A stretch of DNA of 31,218 nucleotides from Acutalibacteraceae bacterium (GTDB lineage: Bacteria > Bacillota > Clostridia > Oscillospirales > Acutalibacteraceae): assembly GCA_045588405.1 (NCBI GenBank), contig JAZNEE010000122.1:1-31218 (forward strand), read 5' to 3'. Numbering within the stretch: position 1 is the stretch's first letter; every line of letters begins with the position of its first letter. A program made the position numbers and the translations under genes. The notes under the pieces are model-generated. The model saw nothing but the letters and a program-made list of their open reading frames with translations. It made no database searches and was not told the DNA's origin. Below are positions 25,027 through 31,218 of this stretch, one piece after another.

Positions 25027-25845
25027 ATGGAAAAACCCGTTTTTTACACGTCTGAACGCCAAAGCGATACCTATTTTACTCTTAACAGCTGCGGTGAAAA
25101 TATATTGGACGAAACAGACGCGGGAACGCTTCGTGAAAACGGACGAATCGACTATGGAATTCAGTACATTGCCGAAGGTAAGGGTTATTATGAAGAAAAC
25201 GGAGAAATAGTAACTGTGGAAGCCGGCACAGTGCTTTTGTATTTTCCAAACGTGCGACAGCACTATTATTTTAAAAGAAAAGACGAGGCAAAGCTTTTGT
25301 GGGCGCATTGTACGGGAAAATTTTGCGAAATACTCGACCCCATAAAGCAAACGGGTGTTGTGCCGGTTAAAATTGCCGACACCAAGGATTTTGAACGCGT
25401 TTTCAAAAGAATGACCGCCGCTTACCACCGAAAAGAAGCGTATTTTCAAACCATTTGCGACGGCTATATGCAGGTTTTGCTCTCGCTTATAATGAAAAAC
25501 GCCACACCTTCGCGAAACACGGGTGTTTCAAAGGTTAACGACGGTTTGGAAAAGGTGCTTGCCTATATGAATATGCACTTTCACGAGCCGATTGACCTTA
25601 CACGCTATGCCAAAATGTGTTACGTCAGTCGCGACCGATTTTTGCACGCGTTTAAGGCACACACGGGAATTTCACCTTACAAATACCAGCTGCAGATAAG
25701 AATTGACCGAGCAACCGAAATGCTCATTTACTCATCGGTCAGCATAAACGACATCTCTTCGGCGGTTGGGTTTCGAGATTGCTCTTATTTTTGCAGAATT
25801 TTTAAAAAGTTCACGGGTAAAACGCCCACCGAATACCGAAAATAG
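25027..25845 (+). CDS. AraC-family transcriptional regulator
   Basis: N-terminal cupin-like domain and C-terminal double HTH (AKMCYVSRDRFLHAFK...ISSAVGFRDCSYFCRIFKKFTGKTPTEYR). Confidence 0.92.
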   Translation: MEKPVFYTSERQSDTYFTLNSCGENILDETDAGTLRENGRIDYGIQYIAEGKGYYEENGEIVTVEAGTVLLYFPNVRQHYYFKRKDEAKLLWAHCTGKFCEILDPIKQTGVVPVKIADTKDFERVFKRMTAAYHRKEAYFQTICDGYMQVLLSLIMKNATPSRNTGVSKVNDGLEKVLAYMNMHFHEPIDLTRYAKMCYVSRDRFLHAFKAHTGISPYKYQLQIRIDRATEMLIYSSVSINDISSAVGFRDCSYFCRIFKKFTGKTPTEYRK

Positions 25846-25856
25846 TTATTATTTTG

Positions 25857-25885
25857 TTGCAAATGCACCACATCGGTGGTAAAAT
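25857..25885 (+). promoter_or_regulatory. Putative sigma-A promoter (extended -10) of trkA-trkA-metY
   Basis: TTGCAA (25857-25862), 17 nt ending in TGG, TAAAAT (25880-25885). Confidence 0.65.
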
Positions 25886-25909
25886 AATAGCACAAAGGAG
25901 GCAGAGATT

Positions 25910-26527
25910 ATGAATGTTATTGTTGTTGGTTGTACCGCGGTTGGCATTTCACTTGCGTCCGAGCTTTGTAAAAACGGCTTCGAGGTTGCAATTATTGACC
26001 GCGATGAAAAGCTTTTTTGTGACCTGCCCTCTTTTTTTAAGGGCGTTACCGTAACTGGCGCCGCTATGGACGTTGAGGTGCTTCAAAACGCAGGTATTAC
26101 CGAGTGCGATGCTTTTGTTGCCGTATCGGACGACGATAATCTCAACATTGTTGCTGCTCAGTTGGCAAAAGAAATGTTTTCGGTGCCAAACGTTATTACC
26201 CGAATTGCCGACCCCGTGAGAGAAAAGGTTTTTCAGGACACCGGGCTTAAAACCGTTTGCCCCACCAACGTTGAAGGTGTTGGAATCTATCATCTTGTAA
26301 CGGGTGAAGCTTACGATAATCTTGTCAGCTTTGGCAACCGAAAAGCTCGTTTTATCACAAGAAAAGACCCTTCATTTGTTGGTAAGCGCGTTTGCGACCT
26401 GCCCTTATTCCAGGGTGAAATTGTTTATGCCATTGTTGACGACCGCGGCGATCTTGCTTTGGCAGACGACCGTGCGAGAATTATCACCGAAGGCGAAAGC
26501 GTTGTTTTTTCATCGCTTGCCGACTGA
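25910..26527 (+). CDS. TrkA-family RCK-domain protein with degenerate nucleotide-binding motif
   Basis: MNVIVVGCTAVG, IIDRD, LQNAGITECDAFVAVSDDDNLN, VITR; GGAGG RBS. Confidence 0.85.
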   Translation: MNVIVVGCTAVGISLASELCKNGFEVAIIDRDEKLFCDLPSFFKGVTVTGAAMDVEVLQNAGITECDAFVAVSDDDNLNIVAAQLAKEMFSVPNVITRIADPVREKVFQDTGLKTVCPTNVEGVGIYHLVTGEAYDNLVSFGNRKARFITRKDPSFVGKRVCDLPLFQGEIVYAIVDDRGDLALADDRARIITEGESVVFSSLAD

Positions 26528-26542
26528 TAGAGGAGTTTTGTA

Positions 26543-27199
26543 ATGAAAGTTGTAGTTGTTGGTGGCGGTAAGGTTGGCTTTTATGTTGCCAAAACTCTTT
26601 TGGAGGATGGAAACGAAATAAGCCTTATTGAAAAGGACGAGGTTACCTGCCGTCTTATTGCCGATAAATTGGATATTCCCGTTATTTGTGACGACGGCAC
26701 TACGGTTGAAGCCTTGCTTGCAGCGGGTACCGTTAATGCCGATGCTTTGGTTGCTGTTACGGGCAACGACCAGGATAATATTGTAACGGCACAGATTGCC
26801 AAGCGCAAATTCCAGGTCGAACGCGTTATAACAAGGGCTAATGACCCTAAAAACGTTACCGCGATGAAAATGCTCGGTACCGATATTGCCGTTAGCTCAA
26901 CTCAAATAATTACCGACCTCATTGATTCGGAGATAGATGTTGACGTTAAGCTTTTGGCAACACTTAATCAAGGTGAAGCCAACATCATTGAGCTTACCGC
27001 TTCAAAAGATTTTAACACAGAAAAATTACCGCTATCTGCTCTTGAAATACCTCAAAACTGTGTTATAATAGCCGTTGTATCCGATGGAAAATTGGAAATT
27101 CCACGAGGTGGCACGGTTATCGGTCCTAACGACCGCATTACCGCCATTGTTAAAAAAGGCAGCGAAAGAAAAGCGCTTAAAAAATTATTTATGAAATAG
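26543..27199 (+). CDS. trkA: TrkA-family RCK_N plus RCK_C protein
   Basis: MKVVVVGGGKVG, DGT, AVTGNDQDN, and C-terminal IPRGGTVIGPND. Confidence 0.85.
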   Translation: MKVVVVGGGKVGFYVAKTLLEDGNEISLIEKDEVTCRLIADKLDIPVICDDGTTVEALLAAGTVNADALVAVTGNDQDNIVTAQIAKRKFQVERVITRANDPKNVTAMKMLGTDIAVSSTQIITDLIDSEIDVDVKLLATLNQGEANIIELTASKDFNTEKLPLSALEIPQNCVIIAVVSDGKLEIPRGGTVIGPNDRITAIVKKGSERKALKKLFMK

Positions 27200-27219
27200 A
27201 ATTCGAAAGGACTGTTTTT

Positions 27220-28491
27220 ATGAGTCATATAAACACCAAATGCGTGCAAGAGGGTTATGACCCCAAAAGTGGCGAAGCAAGAGTTTTGCCCATTCATCAA
27301 AGCACCACATTTAAGTATGAAGATGCCAAAACTTTGGGCGATTTGTTCGACTTTAACGCTTCTGGCCACTTCTATACAAGACTTAGCAACCCCACCTGTG
27401 AGGCGGTTGAAAAGAAGATAGCCGCAATGGAAGGCGGCGTTGGCGCAATGCTTTGCTCTTCGGGTCAAGGCGCAACAACTGCATCTATTTTAACCATTTG
27501 TAAAGCCGGCGACCACATTGTTTCTTCAAGCGCAGTTTACGGTGGCTCGTTCAATCTTCTTAACATCACACTTCGCAAAATGGGTATTGATACCACCTTT
27601 ATTTCGCCCGATGCAACTGATGAGGAAATCGAAGCCGTAATTCGTCCCGAAACCAAGCTTATTTTTGGTGAAACGGTTGCCAACCCCGCGCTTAACATCC
27701 TTGATATTGAAAGATGGGCTAAGGTTGCTCACAAAAACAGCCTTCCTCTTTACGTTGACAACACCTTCCCCTCACCCGTTAACTGCCGTCCGTTTGAATG
27801 GGGTGCAGATATCGTTATCCATTCCACCTCAAAATACTTAGACGGTCACGCTATGGCCTTGGGTGGCTGTGTTGTTGATTCGGGCAACTTTGATTGGACC
27901 AAATCTTCACGTCATGCAGATTTCTGTGCACCTGACGAGTCTTATCACGGTCTTGTTTACCCCGAAAAATTTGGCAAAGCAGCATTTATTGCCAAAGCAA
28001 GAGCACAAATGATGCGTGATATCGGTATGATGATGTCACCTATGAACGCATTCCTTTTGAACGTTGGTATTGAAACACTTCATCTTCGTATGGCGGCTCA
28101 TTGCTCCAACGCTCAGACTGTTGCAGAATATTTGCTTTCCAACCCCAAGATTGCCTGGGTAAACTTCCCCGGACTTGCTAACAACAAGTATCACAAGCTT
28201 GCCCAAAAATATATGCCCAACGGCACCTGTGGTGTTATTTCGTTCGGCATTAAGGGTGGCAGAGAAGCCGCAGGAAAATTTATGGAAAGCGTTAAGCTTG
28301 CCGCACCCGTTATTCACGTTGCCGATGCAAGAACCTGCATTTTGCATCCCGCATCAACCACCCACCGTCAGCTCACCGACGAGCAGCTTGTTGAGTGTGG
28401 TGTAACCCCCGACCTTATCAGAATGTCGGTTGGTATCGAGCACGTTGACGATATCATTGCTGATATTGAACAAGCTCTTGCAAAGTGCTGA
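27220..28491 (+). CDS. metY: O-acetylhomoserine aminocarboxypropyltransferase (Cys/Met metabolism PLP enzyme)
   Basis: PIHQSTTF, YTRLSNPT, VDNTF, PLP-lysine motif HSTSKYLDGH, HVADART..HPASTTHRQL, IRMSVGIE. Confidence 0.9.
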   Translation: MSHINTKCVQEGYDPKSGEARVLPIHQSTTFKYEDAKTLGDLFDFNASGHFYTRLSNPTCEAVEKKIAAMEGGVGAMLCSSGQGATTASILTICKAGDHIVSSSAVYGGSFNLLNITLRKMGIDTTFISPDATDEEIEAVIRPETKLIFGETVANPALNILDIERWAKVAHKNSLPLYVDNTFPSPVNCRPFEWGADIVIHSTSKYLDGHAMALGGCVVDSGNFDWTKSSRHADFCAPDESYHGLVYPEKFGKAAFIAKARAQMMRDIGMMMSPMNAFLLNVGIETLHLRMAAHCSNAQTVAEYLLSNPKIAWVNFPGLANNKYHKLAQKYMPNGTCGVISFGIKGGREAAGKFMESVKLAAPVIHVADARTCILHPASTTHRQLTDEQLVECGVTPDLIRMSVGIEHVDDIIADIEQALAKC

Positions 28492-28505
28492 TAATTTTAA
28501 AACAC

Positions 28506-28545
28506 AAAAAACCGCACAACTCGATAATGAGTTGTGCGGTTTTTT
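28506..28545. terminator. Bidirectional intrinsic terminator
   Basis: Perfect 17-bp inverted repeat aaaaaaccgcacaactc-gataat-gagttgtgcggtttttt. Confidence 0.9.
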
Positions 28546-28550
28546 ACTTT

Positions 28551-29510
28551 TTATTCCACAGTTATTTTAACGTCACCTGTATCGGTTTCGATTTTGCATT
28601 TACCACCCGTTACGGATTCGGGTACTTTAACGCTACCTGTATCGGTTTTTACGATAAACACCTTTTCGGACAAAAGGCTGCCTTCAACGTCGCCCGTATT
28701 GGTTTTGATATAAATTTCGCCTGCGTCCGAGCCGTCGAATTTAACATCACCCGTACTACGTTCAATCGTCATTTTATCAGCAACAATAACACCGCTAAGG
28801 GTGATATTTCCCGTGTCACCCTCACTATTTAGAACGTTACATTTGACATTGTTAAGCTCGGTTTTGCCGGTTGACACTTCAACCTTAAGTTCTCCCGACA
28901 AATCGAGGTTTTGTGCCGTGATTTTGCCGGTTGAAACCGTCAAATGCATATTGCTTGCCGACACACCATCCATCAAAATATTTCCCGTGCTTGTTTTCAC
29001 GGTGACAAAATCGGTTGCCGAAGCAAAAATTTCAACGGCACCCGTCGAAGTGGTGATGTTTATACTTTGGAAGCTAAAATCACTTGGAATTTCAATGTTG
29101 CCCGTGCTTTCGGTGACGGTGAGTTCTCCATAAACCCCCGAGGGAAGATAAACCGTTATCTTGGGAGTACCCCACGAAATCATTTTTTGATACCATTTTC
29201 TTGTGTCAAGAACACTAATTTTAAGCGTTCCGTCATCATTTTCAACGGTGTGTGTCACGTTTTCAAACTCGTGGCACTCAACCTTGCAACGATTTTCATC
29301 GGTCGATATAAATTTTATATTAGCAGTATCGGTATCGATTGATATATTACCAAACTCTTCATTCACCTCGTGCTCGTTTGTATACACACCCGTGCCACCA
29401 AAAAGCCTTGCAAAATCCCAATTAAACACCGTCATCACTCCTGCAAAAAGAATGGATCCCGCAACCACCAAGCAAGCGGCGACAATAAGCCAAATTTTAG
29501 TCTTGGTCAT
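28551..29510 (-). CDS. DUF4097-family beta-strand-repeat membrane-anchored protein
   Basis: N-terminal TM helix followed by many (S/T)TG(N/D/K)(I/V) repeats. ATGA-type overlap with the upstream gene. Confidence 0.82.
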   Translation of the reverse strand: MTKTKIWLIVAACLVVAGSILFAGVMTVFNWDFARLFGGTGVYTNEHEVNEEFGNISIDTDTANIKFISTDENRCKVECHEFENVTHTVENDDGTLKISVLDTRKWYQKMISWGTPKITVYLPSGVYGELTVTESTGNIEIPSDFSFQSINITTSTGAVEIFASATDFVTVKTSTGNILMDGVSASNMHLTVSTGKITAQNLDLSGELKVEVSTGKTELNNVKCNVLNSEGDTGNITLSGVIVADKMTIERSTGDVKFDGSDAGEIYIKTNTGDVEGSLLSEKVFIVKTDTGSVKVPESVTGGKCKIETDTGDVKITVE

Positions 29511-30115
29511 TTTGAGGCCTCCTTTTTGGTGAAAAGTCTTTTAAGCCCAAGAGCTATAAGCTTTGTAAGTTTCACTGCGCCATTTGTTGCCCATTTGCAA
29601 CCGAAAAAGGCAAAAATCGAAAGTCCTGCCAACACAAAAGCGGCAGCCAAAAAGACAAGCGCCAATGGAACTCTGATTGTCAAAAATGTTCCGCCATAAA
29701 TCACCATGGCTACAGCACTCACAGCAATTGCAGCAAAGCAACTCCAAAGTGAACCGATGCAAGCCCACAAGGTAGCATAAATCGAAACCGCAACCGCAAA
29801 AACGGCGGCAGCCAACGAAATCCAAATAGGCGAGCCTAAACATATTAAAATAATGCTCCAAACCTTGCGACTGCGATTAGGCTTTTCTTCGGCTTCGGTT
29901 GGTTTTTCACAGGTTTCTTCCACGCTTTCACCAACAAGCACACCTACCGAGGTTTCAAGCGCCTCGGCAAGGCGCACCAACTGTTCGGCATCGGGCGACG
30001 ATAAGCCTTGCTCCCATTTCGAAACAGTTTGGCGAACTACGTTTAATTTTATTGCCAACTCCTCTTGAGACAGACCTTTTTCTGCTCTGAGGGTTTTAAT
30101 TTTTTCGGATAACAT
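29507..30115 (-). CDS. XRE-family HTH regulator fused to a membrane (DUF1700-like) domain
   Basis: LSEKIKTLRAEKGLSQEELAIKLNVVRQTVSKWEQGLSSPD followed by 3-4 hydrophobic helices. Start ATG 30115 behind GAGGG. Confidence 0.8.
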   Translation of the reverse strand: MLSEKIKTLRAEKGLSQEELAIKLNVVRQTVSKWEQGLSSPDAEQLVRLAEALETSVGVLVGESVEETCEKPTEAEEKPNRSRKVWSIILICLGSPIWISLAAAVFAVAVSIYATLWACIGSLWSCFAAIAVSAVAMVIYGGTFLTIRVPLALVFLAAAFVLAGLSIFAFFGCKWATNGAVKLTKLIALGLKRLFTKKEASK

Positions 30116-30139
30116 AAGGTTTCCCTCACTTTCGAGCGA

Positions 30140-30168
30140 ATTATAACACCTGAAACTGCAATTCTCAA
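30140..30168 (-). promoter_or_regulatory. Putative promoter of the XRE-DUF4097 operon
   Basis: TTGAGA, 17 nt ending in TGT, TATAAT. Confidence 0.6.
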
Positions 30169-30214
30169 GCAACAAAAATTAACATTCAATTATCTTTGCT
30201 GTGGCAATCAAAAT

Positions 30215-31042
30215 TCACACAAACCTTTGTGCATAGCCACACCTTTTGCACAAATCCTCCGTGGCTTTGCCACATTTAAAGCCCTCTACCATATCGGTTG
30301 CCCTTTTTGATAAAAGCACCTCTTTTATATCATCCTTGAAGATGTTGCCCAAGGCTATAACACCTTCACTATCAAGGCAACAAGGAACAACGGTGCCATC
30401 ACAAAGGATGCCGAACTGGTCCTTTAGCCCATAGCAAAAGAATTTGTTGCCCTTTATTTCTGCTTCGCTATCGGGCCATTCGAACCGTTCTCCCCATTCA
30501 AGATAAATTTTATCATTAATTTTAAGTCCGCGAGTGTTTTTTACCCAATCACCCGCAATGTTTTCTTTGAGAATTTTAATTGATGCTTCGTTTTTACCGT
30601 CATCAAAACCCTTATTCCAAAGCCTTATAACCACGATTGTTCCTTTGTCGGCCGCTTTTTTTGCAAAATCTGCCACCTCGGTCACGTATGAATCGTGGTC
30701 TTGCTTGCTGCCGTTTTCAAAGCTGTGTAACGAAACGTTGATTTTGTGAAGTCCTGCGCTTAAAAGCTCGTCACCACGTCGATTTAAAAGTGTTCCGTTG
30801 GTGGTTATGATTGATTTATAGTCCTTTTCTGCCGCCATTTTCAAAAACTCGGGCAAATCGGGGTGAAGCAACGGCTCACCCATTAAATGATAATAGATAT
30901 ATTTTGTTTGTCCTTGCAGTTTTTCAAGAACAACGGCAAACTCTTCCCTTTTCATTTGCCGTTTTGCTCTTTTGTGACCATGTCAAAAAGAGCAGTTCAT
31001 ATTACAAATGTTGGTGATTTCTACATAAACCTTGTTATACAT
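30215..31042 (-). CDS. Radical SAM/SPASM-domain protein with an in-frame TGA at codon 20 (recoded CDS or pseudogene)
   Basis: From ATG 31042 (RBS AAGGAG): MYNKVYVEITNICNMNCSF*HGHKRAKRQMKREEF..., in frame with ORF 30215-30955. Also has HLMGEPLLHP, ITTNG and SPASM Cys residues (FCYG, VPCCLD, CKRC). Confidence 0.85.
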
Positions 31043-31098
31043 TGCTTCTCCTTGTCGTTTAAATTTATGTTGTGATATTTATTTGAAATGCTTTGCTT

Positions 31099-31218
31099 AA
31101 TTTTAATCATTTTATCACGATTTAAAATTGTTTGCAATAAAAAAAGATGCTCTGCTTTAAAGCAGAGCATCTTTTTTTATTGCAAACAATTTTAAATCGT
31201 GATAAAATGATTAAAATT
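31099..31218. repeat. Perfect spacer-less 120-bp palindrome ending at the last base of the window
   Basis: 31099-31158 is the exact reverse complement of 31159-31218. The core aaaaaaagatgctctgct-ttaa-agcagagcatcttttttt is terminator-like. Confidence 0.95.
31109..31137 (-). promoter_or_regulatory. Putative sigma-A promoter (extended -10) of the radical SAM gene
   Basis: TTGCAA (31137-31132), 17 nt ending in TGA, TAAAAT (31114-31109). Confidence 0.65.

Noticed and set aside
25886-27219. c-di-AMP riboswitch before trkA or SAM riboswitch before metY
   Set aside because: The leader and intergenic regions are only about 20-25 nt, too short for either element.
28600-29150. Periodic repeats in the DNA (STG/TGD codons)
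   Set aside because: Explained by the DUF4097 beta-strand protein repeats; not a CRISPR or DNA-level array.
30215-30955. ORF-track version of the radical SAM protein starting at Met 30955
   Set aside because: It lacks the cluster motif and a good RBS. The real start is ATG 31042 behind AAGGAG.
30983-30985. Alternative genetic code (UGA read as Trp or Gly) as explanation for the radical SAM stop
   Set aside because: TGA terminates zapA, the greA-like gene, the 13739-14023 gene, the first trkA and metY at expected lengths, and Trp or Gly could not ligate the cluster.
476-31075. Numerous 60-240 aa ORFs antisense or out of frame to recognised genes (e.g. 8602-9327 +, 2705-3286 +, 5210-5773 +, 24919-25449 -)
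   Set aside because: They lie fully within well-supported genes, have no recognisable motifs or RBS, and are typical shadow ORFs.
1-31218. Mobile elements, prophage, CRISPR arrays, tRNA or rRNA genes
   Set aside because: No transposase, integrase or phage motifs, no repeat-spacer array, no tRNA cloverleaf or rRNA signature, and no evident compositional break.

Overview
Chromosomal window from a low-GC Firmicute, probably a Clostridia/Oscillospiraceae-like gut or rumen organism (inferred from gene content and sigma-A promoters). No mobile element, CRISPR array, rRNA or tRNA gene was found. Gene order: 5' part of lepA, small membrane ORF, htpG, U32-family protein, zapA, rhaD, gatB, gatA-like, aspS with a fused C-terminal GatC domain (behind a T-box), flavodiiron protein, ZIP transporter, greA-like, small hypothetical, O-antigen-ligase-like, large P-type-ATPase-like protein, rlmB-like, HPr-kinase-like P-loop protein, eno, an AraC-linked GH123-like/NagB-like/NagA locus, two trkA genes, metY, DUF4097, XRE-membrane regulator, and a radical SAM/SPASM gene. 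Highlights: (1) a remodelled tRNA-dependent amidation operon in which AspRS is fused to GatC and GatA is shortened and lacks all three glutaminase catalytic residues while GatB looks intact, suggesting a tethered, possibly free-ammonia-dependent Asn-transamidosome; (2) a radical SAM gene whose third cluster Cys codon is an in-frame TGA (CxxxCxx*), embedded in and followed by hairpins, so either a selenocysteine candidate or a nonsense allele; (3) a P1B-ATPase-like protein lacking the catalytic motifs; (4) a perfect 120-bp palindrome at the window end, most likely an assembly fold-back. All family assignments come from motif recognition by eye, with no database searches.
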